A DNA stretch of 64,000 bases from Candidatus Amesbacteria bacterium GW2011_GWB1_47_19 (GTDB taxonomy: Bacteria; Patescibacteriota; Microgenomatia; CAZETR01; Amesbacteraceae), in the NCBI GenBank assembly GCA_001002325.1, contig LCNZ01000004.1, forward strand, positions 3,818 to 67,817, written 5' to 3'. The notes beneath the pieces are model-generated. The model saw nothing but the letters and a program-made list of their open reading frames with translations, was not told where the DNA came from and ran no database searches. Below, piece after piece: positions 42,272 through 50,016 of the stretch (position 1 is its first letter; the number at the start of each line of letters is the position of its first letter). Position numbers and translations under genes: made by a program.

Positions 42272-42475
42272 CTATTTTAATGCATCCTTGGCATTTTTGA
42301 TCCTTTTATTTAACAAAATACTAATTAGCCCAAGGGTAAAACTTTCCGGTTTCTCTTTTATTCCCCTAGTTAATTCGTCAAAATTAAACCACTTTATTTT
42401 TTCCACCTCTTCTTTTTGCAAAATAAAATCTCCGAAATATTTACTCTGAGAATATATCGTTGTGCTAGAATGCAA
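42272..42475 (-). pseudogene. Possible 3' fragment of an Idi/Nudix-type gene (67 aa)
   Basis: EEVEKIKWFNFDEL...PESFTLG resembles the C-terminus of type-1 IPP isomerase/Nudix. AT-rich. Sits at the edge of the AT-rich block. Confidence 0.3.
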
Positions 42476-42484
42476 GGTTAGTAA

Positions 42485-43402
42485 GTGGAAAAAGAGATTG
42501 TTCTTAATATTAGCAAAGATCTAAATGGTAATTCTCAACCCGGTGAAATCATTCTTAGGGGGAGAAAGATAGCTACTACACCCTTCACGCGCAGCACGAT
42601 AATTTTCGCTACAAGTGAAGCTGGTAAACCGGTTGTGATTAAGTTCCCCACTAAGAAGAGTAAGGCGGAAAGAGAATGGACTGGATTTTGTAAGGCTTAC
42701 ACAGCAGATGTGCCGACACCTATGCCCATTGCCCTGGTAACAAGCAAGGGAGGTCGCGTTGGAGTAATGCAAGAAGAGGTTGGCGGCCAGAGTCTATATA
42801 AATGTCCGGGGGGACAAGCCAGAATACGATTCGGTGAAATTGTGAAAGATATGCACCTTAAAGTGCCAACTGCGGGAATTGAATGGCAGGAAAAAGGGAA
42901 AGCAGACTATACATATTATGACAAACGCATTCAATGTTGGTCAGAAGGACAGGTTGAATTGTTATCAGCCGGCAGCACAACTCAAGCCATGCTTGGTCTA
43001 CTTTCTCCCACTATGAACAGATCTTGCAGATCTGCACCGCCAATGTTTAATCATAATGACCTATATGACAGTCAAGCGATTGTTGGAGATCAAAAAATTT
43101 ATCTTATCGACTTTGAGGAGTGGGTTGAGGAAAATCCTCTAAACGATATCGCCTATTATCTTTTTCATACTATCAGGTCAAATATGCCAGAAGTTAACTT
43201 CGGTTCATTTCTTTCCGGATATTTAGGAAATGAAGTTTTATCAGAACCAGAAAAACAAACCTTAATGTTTTACCTTTTATTTATATCTGCAAGAGCTTTA
43301 AACTATTTCCATGCATCTAAAAGCAAGTATTTCGAAATAGCGGAAAAATCCCACCGTGCTGTGACAAACTATATTGATAATGAGAACGTCTGGAAAAGCT
43401 AA
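42485..43402 (+). CDS. Phosphotransferase (APH/choline-kinase-like, protein-kinase fold) family protein
   Basis: HNDLYDSQAIV (Brenner-like HxDxxxxN variant) and YLIDFEEW (DFE/DFG-like). GTG start. Confidence 0.5.
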   Translation: MEKEIVLNISKDLNGNSQPGEIILRGRKIATTPFTRSTIIFATSEAGKPVVIKFPTKKSKAEREWTGFCKAYTADVPTPMPIALVTSKGGRVGVMQEEVGGQSLYKCPGGQARIRFGEIVKDMHLKVPTAGIEWQEKGKADYTYYDKRIQCWSEGQVELLSAGSTTQAMLGLLSPTMNRSCRSAPPMFNHNDLYDSQAIVGDQKIYLIDFEEWVEENPLNDIAYYLFHTIRSNMPEVNFGSFLSGYLGNEVLSEPEKQTLMFYLLFISARALNYFHASKSKYFEIAEKSHRAVTNYIDNENVWKS

Positions 43403-43411
43403 CAAATTTTT

Positions 43412-44059
43412 CTATTTGAGAGAATTTACAAAACCCAAGTGTGAATAATCATTTAAATACCATAGTTTCCAAACTTTAGCTTCTTCACGATATATCAATA
43501 GGGATATCCCTGTGGGCTCGATTACCAGAGATCTAAAAAATCGTCTATAGTGATCAGCCTGTGAGTTTTCTCCAAACAGGCAAGTTGATATAAACAACCT
43601 GATAAATCCCTCGTGAGAAAAAATCAGAAGATTTTTTTGAAGATAGTTGTTTATCAAGTAGTCCCTGAACTCTACTGAACGTTTTACCATCTCGGTAAAA
43701 GACTCTTCTTCCAAATCCCATTTCCAGTCCCAATTATTTCCGTTCTGCTGGGCCTCTTTTAAGTATTGCCTGGAAAGGTCTTCGTTACGCGACAGGCCAT
43801 AAACTTTTGAGGATTGGTAGCGTTCTTCTATACCATTAACCATTTCAACTTGCTTATTTAAATTTTCTGCGGCAATCCCGGCTGTCTCAACGGTTCTTAT
43901 CCAATTACTAGAAATAATTTTGTCTACTACTTTAAACCTTGGTAGCTTTCCCAACACTTCGGCTTGCTTCTTCCCTTTTTCACTTAAATGAGTCTCAGGA
44001 GATTGCCACCTTTCCCCTACATTTTCCCCCTCAGCATGTCTGACTAAAAACAGTTTCAT
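43412..44059 (-). CDS. Histidine phosphatase superfamily (phosphoglycerate-mutase-like) protein
   Basis: MKLFLVRHAEGE (RHG/RHA catalytic-His motif). Start chosen at MKLFLV. Confidence 0.65.
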   Translation of the reverse strand: MKLFLVRHAEGENVGERWQSPETHLSEKGKKQAEVLGKLPRFKVVDKIISSNWIRTVETAGIAAENLNKQVEMVNGIEERYQSSKVYGLSRNEDLSRQYLKEAQQNGNNWDWKWDLEEESFTEMVKRSVEFRDYLINNYLQKNLLIFSHEGFIRLFISTCLFGENSQADHYRRFFRSLVIEPTGISLLIYREEAKVWKLWYLNDYSHLGFVNSLK

Positions 44060-44078
44060 CGTTTTGATTGTGTACAGG

Positions 44079-44849
44079 TTACTGTTTCTTGCTACCGATT
44101 GCAATCAACCCAACTATGCTTTCCGTTCTCCCATCTAGGTCCAAAATTTTATTGAACCCTTCATCTATAAACCCTCCAATTGAACAGACTCCTAAACCCA
44201 ATGCCGTGCCAATCAGATAAACGTTTTGGGCAATATGGCCATATTCTGTCATGGTGTGACGGTAACCTCTGTCTTTGTACTTCACTTCAGTCCGGTCAAA
44301 TACTGCTGTTGGTATAATAAAAAATCCTGATTCTTTCAGCCATTCTTGATTTACCTGCTTCAGAGCCTGACTTTTCATATTTTCGGAAGGAATTAACTCC
44401 AAGGAATGAGTTTTTAAATGGTAGTGATAGACTCCATTTTCCAGATTTTGAACGTTAAATATAAATAAATAAATTTCCAAGGGATATCTGGCTCCCGCTG
44501 AGGGGTACATTCGACTTTCAGATTCGGTTTTAACCAAAATTCGTTTCAATCCAACCGAATAGTAGAGAAGGTTACTTAGCTGTTTTAAGCTAACCGGCTT
44601 ACAGGAAAAATTTCTAATGGAGATTCTTGATGAAAGAGCTTGAAATAGGTCGAATCTCTTACTTGAAGGCAACGGAAGTATTATTTGGTCGAACCTGGGA
44701 TAAGCTTTGTAGTAAACCGTTTTCCACTCCTGAGGCCAAGTATTGGACGGAGTTTGCGATTCAAAGTGATTAATCATAGTATAGTTATTGAACTTCCTCG
44801 CAGGGGATAACTTTGTCAACATTTTATAGGCTTTTGAAAGCTTGGTCAT
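44079..44849 (-). CDS. SagB-type dehydrogenase (nitroreductase superfamily; TOMM-class FMN dehydrogenase)
   Basis: SSRISIRNF, RMYPSAGARYPLEIYLF, GVYHYHLKTHSLELI and KYKDRGYRHTMTEYGHIAQNVYLIGTALGLGVCSIGGF match the SagB/ThcOx-type dehydrogenase signature. Confidence 0.75.
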   Translation of the reverse strand: MTKLSKAYKMLTKLSPARKFNNYTMINHFESQTPSNTWPQEWKTVYYKAYPRFDQIILPLPSSKRFDLFQALSSRISIRNFSCKPVSLKQLSNLLYYSVGLKRILVKTESESRMYPSAGARYPLEIYLFIFNVQNLENGVYHYHLKTHSLELIPSENMKSQALKQVNQEWLKESGFFIIPTAVFDRTEVKYKDRGYRHTMTEYGHIAQNVYLIGTALGLGVCSIGGFIDEGFNKILDLDGRTESIVGLIAIGSKKQ

Positions 44850-44862
44850 AAGTTTTACAAAC

Positions 44863-45456
44863 TCATAAAAATGGGTGGGGGAAATTGTTTAATTTTCTTC
44901 TTTCGTTCTTATTAAATCCAATTTTTTGAGACACTTGGTAAAGCCTTTCGCCTCCAAGCAGTTTTCTAGCTTCATTAAGATAAAACGGCTGAGCTTTAGG
45001 AATTATTACTTTAACCACAAAATAATTCATTTTTCTAAAAACTTGGATAGTTATGTCCTTATATAGGATATCAAGTCCAAGTTTTTTAAAAATGTTAATT
45101 AAGATTTCTAACTGTTCCCCTGAAGACCGGCTACTAATACTCTTTGGAATATTAGGCGACGTCTTTTGGGAATTCAGCAAAAAGTTTAGTTTTCCAATTG
45201 CACTTCTTGAATACCACAAGAACCCACGCGTTTTAATGTCGGATCTTTTCATCAGCGTTTCGCGTGTTACTTTCCTATAATGGTTTTCGTATTCAGTTCT
45301 CAGCCAAGTTCGGGTAGTGAAGGTTTCTTCTATCGAACCTACCAATGCTGCAATGGGATCCAGGCTGCATTTCATCCCGACAGATACTGCTTTACCTATT
45401 CCCGTCCGGTTAATTACAACTGTTAAATATGTGGGAACGGGAATATCTGTGGTCAT
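44863..45456 (-). pseudogene. YcaO-domain protein, C-terminal two-thirds only (N-terminal ATP-binding part missing)
   Basis: DIPVPTYLTVVINRTG...VGMKCSLDPIAALVGSIEE resembles the YcaO central DxPVV...GxGxHxDPxxAxxxAxxE segment. DITIQVF...VVKVIIP resembles the YcaO beta-hairpin. Ends NFPHPFL (Pro-rich YcaO-type C-terminus). The ATG overlaps the stop of the kinase fragment. Confidence 0.45.
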
Positions 45457-45469
45457 CTCATAACAGTAA

Positions 45470-45888
45470 TCGGGGTTCTCAGCTGATGTGATGCCATAGC
45501 AATAAATTCCGTTTTCAGTTTATCTGCGATTTTAATTTCCGTCATGTCCTGCTCATTGCCTACAAACCCCACCAATTGACCATCTCCGACAATCGGAGCA
45601 ATTTTTTACCGCAGAGTAATATTCCTGGCCGTTTTTGCGCCGGTTCAGAATTTCTCCCGTAAATACCTTTTTCTCTGTTTTTATTGCCCGCCATAAATCA
45701 TCGTAATATCCCCTGTCCATTAAACCACCCCACAACCGGGGGGTTTTACCCAGCATTTCCTCCAGGCTGTACCCGGTAATTTTCTGTGCCGCCTCATTAG
45801 CATACAAAATCCGCCCGTCCGCATCGGTTATTATCATGTGCTCGGCCGAATTGCTGACCGCCAGCTTGAATTTTTCCAGCTCGTCCAT
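45470..45888 (-). pseudogene. PAS-domain sensor histidine kinase, frameshifted and truncated after the H-box
   Basis: The PAS ORF (ITDADGRILYANEAAQKITGYS...NGQEYY) runs into an A6 homopolymer. The -1 frame continues IAPIVGDGQLVGFVGNEQDMTEIKIADKLKTEFIAMASHQLRTPITVMR (HisKA H-box) and then stops. No HATPase domain follows. Confidence 0.6.
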
Positions 45889-45957
45889 CTGTTCCCATTA
45901 TATGAACCTTGAAAGCCGTTGTCACCCCTTTGGAGTAAAATATGACTGTTTCTGTTT

Positions 45958-46227
45958 ATGACCAAACGATATCAGGTCCGGGTGAAAAAACGCGACGGAA
46001 CCACCGAAGTCTTTCATCCCGAAAAAATTATCCGCGTTTTACTAGCTGCCGGGTTATCCGAGTCGGACGCTCTCCAAACCGCCCAAACTATCTCTCAATA
46101 TCTGCATTCCCTGCACAAAAAAACCGTCGCCTCACTGCTCATCCGTGACCGGGTTCAACTGGAACTGGACGCCCGTTTCCCCTATACCGCCGGCCTCTAC
46201 CGCTGGTATCAGAAAACCAAAGTCTGA
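45958..46227 (+). CDS. Stand-alone ATP-cone domain protein (89 aa)
   Basis: MTKRYQVRVKKRDGTTEVFHPEKIIRVLLAAGLSE...RDRVQLEL matches the ATP-cone (NrdR/RNR N-terminal) pattern. No zinc ribbon. Confidence 0.5.
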   Translation: MTKRYQVRVKKRDGTTEVFHPEKIIRVLLAAGLSESDALQTAQTISQYLHSLHKKTVASLLIRDRVQLELDARFPYTAGLYRWYQKTKV

Positions 46228-46235
46228 CCTATTTT

Positions 46236-46748
46236 TTACTTAATATACAGATATATTCCGTCCTTTTTTGTTTCAGGTATCCAATCGGAAAACTTGAAAT
46301 CCTTGGATACCACTCGGGATCCGGGTTTCAGCTCACGCAGTAATTTCTTCTCCAGATCCCGCATAATACTAGGAAACCCGTAAACCGTCACTATATCGAA
46401 TCCCCCGAAATCCGGTTTCCACATGTTCCCCCAAACCACCTTCGCAACTCTGGACAAACCCATCTTCCGGATTTTATATCGGGAATATAAAACTAAAAAC
46501 GGATTTATTTCGATTCCCAGCGCCTGACAGCCTCTTTTTCCCATCTCGACTACCAGCCGGCCGTCACCCGAACCCAAGTCCAATCCCCTCTCACCTGTTT
46601 TCGGTTTCGTCAGATCTATCATTGTTTCTACACTTTTTCTGTCTGTCGGAACATACGGCGCCCCCCTGATAACCGCCACCACCATGAACAGCACATAACA
46701 AAACGCTACCCCGGATATTAAAAGTCCCAACACCGCAAATACCATCAT
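46236..46748 (-). CDS. Class I SAM-dependent methyltransferase with N-terminal TM helix
   Basis: GLDLGSGDGRLVVEMGKRGCQALGIEINP (motif I and post-I). ATG ATG start at about 46748 preferred over the track TTG. Confidence 0.65.
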   Translation of the reverse strand: MMVFAVLGLLISGVAFCYVLFMVVAVIRGAPYVPTDRKSVETMIDLTKPKTGERGLDLGSGDGRLVVEMGKRGCQALGIEINPFLVLYSRYKIRKMGLSRVAKVVWGNMWKPDFGGFDIVTVYGFPSIMRDLEKKLLRELKPGSRVVSKDFKFSDWIPETKKDGIYLYIK

Positions 46749-46949
46749 GTCTTCAATTATATCCGTATTCAATCAAAAAAAGAGCGGAGTATTTGCCCGT
46801 GCTCCGCCCTCTTTCTGCTTATGGAAAATATTGGAAATAGTTCGCTTTTTACCGCCAAACTCCAATCCTCCTTAACCCCCTAAAATTACCACCCCGGTCC
46901 GAAAAATGCTGTATCTTATTTCACAAAAAAAATGTAAGATCTGCCACAT

Positions 46950-47588
46950 ATGCCATCCTCCTCCCAGAATCTGCTGCTCAAATACTTTCAGCAACACCCG
47001 TCCCTCTCATACCGTAAAAAAGAAAACGTATTGCGCAGCGAAGATACACCCCAGGGAATATTTTTTATCCTCAACGGGTATGTCAAAATGAACGTGACGT
47101 ACCCCAGCGGCCGAGAATTGACAGTCAACATCTTCAAACCCTCAACCTACTTCCCCATGATGTGGGCTCTAGGAGACATCCCCAACAACTACGATTTTCA
47201 AGCTATGACCCCAGTACTCATTCATCGCTCCCCAAAAAACGAATTCCTTAATTTCTTGGGTCATAATCCCAACTTGCTCGCAGATCTTACCCGCCGGGCA
47301 TATATCGGGCTCGACGGTCTGATTACGCACATTAGCCGCCTGTTGACTGAAGATGCCTACCACCGGATCATAGCCGCCCTCGTGATGTGTTCAAAACGAT
47401 TCGGCCGGAAATATTCCCGGAACAGGATCTTTATTGATTTACCCCTGACCCACCAGGATTTGGCGGATTTAGCCGGAGTCACCAGGGAAACCGCCAGTCT
47501 GACTTTAGAAAAGCTGAAACAGCAAAAGTTAATCAACCAGGAATCCCGTCATTACATCATCCTCAAGCCCGGCTTACTTTTCCCATAA
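46950..47588 (+). CDS. Crp/Fnr-family transcriptional regulator
   Basis: cNMP-binding beta-roll plus C-terminal HTH LTHQDLADLAGVTRETASLTLEKLKQQKLI. Confidence 0.75.
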   Translation: MPSSSQNLLLKYFQQHPSLSYRKKENVLRSEDTPQGIFFILNGYVKMNVTYPSGRELTVNIFKPSTYFPMMWALGDIPNNYDFQAMTPVLIHRSPKNEFLNFLGHNPNLLADLTRRAYIGLDGLITHISRLLTEDAYHRIIAALVMCSKRFGRKYSRNRIFIDLPLTHQDLADLAGVTRETASLTLEKLKQQKLINQESRHYIILKPGLLFP

Positions 47589-47590
47589 CC

Positions 47591-48589
47591 TCACAAACCT
47601 TCCCCGCCCAATATTACCCGGACATGCACTTCCGTTAATTCCGGGTCTGCTTCCGGAGTTGCCGTCTGATATTCCTCCAGAACTATTTCGTGGATTTCCC
47701 GGGCTTGAGATTCGTACCCCGGCAAATACTTAATCAGTGTTTTACCTGAGTTTTTTGTTTGGTAATTTGCAGTCTCGGTAAGTATGTATCCGGATTGTAT
47801 GAGCCTCTCTCCTACCCCCGCAGCCAAACCCTGGACATTAGTGCCGTTCAACACCATTACCCCGACTTCTGCCCGTTCTATATCCGCACTAGGGGTAATA
47901 GTAGGTGTTGGTATCACTTCCGTCGGTACCGGAGCAGTCGTGGCTCTTGCCGGTACGGGGTAGGAATTGACTCTCAGCTTCACGGTCGCTACTGCAGCCA
48001 CTACCCCCAAAACCACCAACAGCGCGAATATCCCTCCGACTAGCCACAATTTACCCCCAACCCCAGTATCGCCTTCGTCTGTTTCCTCCAGATTCCAATG
48101 CGGCTCAATCTTTATTTTAACCAGCCTCTCCGCCGCATCCCAATTCCACAACCCCGGACCTCCGGTAAATAAACACCGGTCAGGTACCACTGCTTCAACT
48201 GTTCCGCCCTTAAATGTTCTTACCATATATCTGTACAAATCTTTGTTAACCGCCGCTGCGATCCGCTTACCGTTTATAGATATTACTTTCTTTACCAGTA
48301 AATCAGGACTGATCGGCAATTCAGACCAGAATCCTTCCGCTTCGGCATCATTTTGTATAGTTTTTTGAAAACAGACTGAATCGTCCATCACTATCAGTAT
48401 TTTTCCTCTCCTCAATTCAAATTTCTTTTTAACTGCCTTCCACCATAAAATCAGGTTCGACCTGTCTTTGATCTCCAGATTGCTTATCACTCCCGCGGGA
48501 TAATCCACTTCATATGCTTTTTTATCTGCCAACGAAAAAATCATCAACCCGCTGGATTTGATGACCAGTACCAACCACTTTCTCCCCAT
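47591..48589 (-). CDS. Pilus-assembly-like membrane protein: PilM-like N-domain, TM, LytR_C-like C-domain
   Basis: N-term LVLVIKSSGLMIFSL (actin-fold PilM/FtsA-like start). Central TM. C-term VMVLNGTNVQGLAAGVGERLIQSGY (LytR_C-like). Last gene of the pilus operon. Confidence 0.45.
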   Translation of the reverse strand: MGRKWLVLVIKSSGLMIFSLADKKAYEVDYPAGVISNLEIKDRSNLILWWKAVKKKFELRRGKILIVMDDSVCFQKTIQNDAEAEGFWSELPISPDLLVKKVISINGKRIAAAVNKDLYRYMVRTFKGGTVEAVVPDRCLFTGGPGLWNWDAAERLVKIKIEPHWNLEETDEGDTGVGGKLWLVGGIFALLVVLGVVAAVATVKLRVNSYPVPARATTAPVPTEVIPTPTITPSADIERAEVGVMVLNGTNVQGLAAGVGERLIQSGYILTETANYQTKNSGKTLIKYLPGYESQAREIHEIVLEEYQTATPEADPELTEVHVRVILGGEGL

Positions 48590-48629
48590 TACTATTTATT
48601 ATAAAAGAAATTCCAAGCTTTTTCCCAAA

Positions 48630-49121
48630 CTATCTGGAAGCGTAGACCGTTGTTCCCTCCGCGCCGCAAGCTCTCACCGTCACAATCCCGTTGGTATCCA
48701 CAACCACACTATACCCGCTCATATTGGATGCTACCGTACCATCCGGATCCAGCGGCAACTCTTTTAAATACTTGGTCAAATTCCTGGCGTCGGTTGCGAG
48801 CATCAAATCCACACAGGCAGTGGCCGCGACTGCACACCCCCCTGTAGCTATGGCACATCCAGCTACCGCCGTCCCCAATTGGACTTCGGTCCCTGCTGCG
48901 GGCATTTTAGTCGGGTAATTACCCTTGTTATCGATTATCGATTGGTGAATAGCCGACAAAATCGTGTCCACATCACTCGTCCTCCGGGCGTTCTTGGTAT
49001 CTTTCAGTCTTTGTGCCGGATTAAGGGCCACGAACACCGCCACCGCCAACAGCGAAATTATTGTCACCACCAACAAAAGCTCTATCAGAGTAAAACCTCT
49101 CCTCTTATTCCCAAGCATCAC
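48630..49121 (-). CDS. Type IV major pilin (prepilin with class III signal)
   Basis: MMLGNKRRG/FTLIELLLVVTIISLLAVAV cleavage/methylation motif with Glu+5. C-terminal Cys pair. Confidence 0.85.
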   Translation of the reverse strand: MMLGNKRRGFTLIELLLVVTIISLLAVAVFVALNPAQRLKDTKNARRTSDVDTILSAIHQSIIDNKGNYPTKMPAAGTEVQLGTAVAGCAIATGGCAVAATACVDLMLATDARNLTKYLKELPLDPDGTVASNMSGYSVVVDTNGIVTVRACGAEGTTVYASR

Positions 49122-49158
49122 ATCCAGAATAGCTTTGCTCTCAACTGTTTGTCAAGTA

Positions 49159-49533
49159 CTATATCTCCTGCCAACTGGATAGCGTGATTGTCTGCCCCCT
49201 GGTAAACACCACCCGCACCTTGCGACCGAAAGCCGTCCCCGTCTCGGATACAGTTAAATCCCAATTTACCGGCCCCGGCAGGCTATAACTTACCCCACAG
49301 GTCCCCTCCGGCAGGCTGATCGTCGTCTGGTTGTAGGCAGCATCGTCATGGATTTCTTGCAGGACATCTTCCGCACACCCGTCAACCAGATACCCGTCCC
49401 CACCTCCCAATTCCACCGTCAGCGCCGCCTGCCCTTCACCGATAGCCAGCAGAGTGACTGTCGTCGTTACCGCCATTACCACCGCTGCGATAATCAATAC
49501 CGCCGATAATGCCGCAAATCCTTTATGTTTCAT
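49159..49533 (-). CDS. Minor pilin/pseudopilin-like protein (non-canonical, Ser at +5)
   Basis: MKHKGFAALSAVLIIAAVV prepilin-like N-terminus lacking Glu+5. Two Cys. Confidence 0.55.
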   Translation of the reverse strand: MKHKGFAALSAVLIIAAVVMAVTTTVTLLAIGEGQAALTVELGGGDGYLVDGCAEDVLQEIHDDAAYNQTTISLPEGTCGVSYSLPGPVNWDLTVSETGTAFGRKVRVVFTRGQTITLSSWQEI

Positions 49534-50015
49534 ATACCCCTCAATTCCGTCGTCGTCTGTAATGTCATGGTTTCCTGGAATTCCTGTCGTCCGGCTGCCG
49601 AAAAATTTGCACTCAGTGTCAGCACCACCTGCACATTCTTGGTTTTTCCGTCACCCGAAGAATAATCAGTGAAAATTAAGTCCGTTACTGTAGTGTCATC
49701 TGAATTCAACGATATTGCACCCGCACCCTGGTTGATTCGCACCCTACCGGTATTCAAATCAATCGTGGTGTCAGGGCCGGAATAATTGGTCAGTACCAGG
49801 GAATTTGCTGCCACATTGGTAATATTTTTAGCATTTCGGATTTCATATTTAATTCGCTCCAGAATATTTCTACCCGTGGCTGCCACTTCCTGATCTGTCA
49901 TACTCCTGCTTCCCCCGCCCACCACTTCCCAAGTCACGGGTAGCATCGCACTCATCACTATTCCGATAATGGCCACATACAAAATCAGTTCCACCAAGGT
50001 AAAACCTTTCTTCAT
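49530..50015 (-). CDS. Minor pilin (prepilin-type N-terminus)
   Basis: MKKG/FTLVELILYVAIIGIVMSA. Start taken at MKKGF (track ORF starts further upstream). Confidence 0.7.
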   Translation of the reverse strand: MKKGFTLVELILYVAIIGIVMSAMLPVTWEVVGGGSRSMTDQEVAATGRNILERIKYEIRNAKNITNVAANSLVLTNYSGPDTTIDLNTGRVRINQGAGAISLNSDDTTVTDLIFTDYSSGDGKTKNVQVVLTLSANFSAAGRQEFQETMTLQTTTELRGI

Positions 50016-50016
50016 A

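Noticed and set aside
45553-45888. Stand-alone small PAS-domain protein
   Set aside because: A one-base frame change in an A6 run continues directly into a HisKA H-box, so this is the 5' part of a disrupted histidine kinase, not an independent PAS protein.
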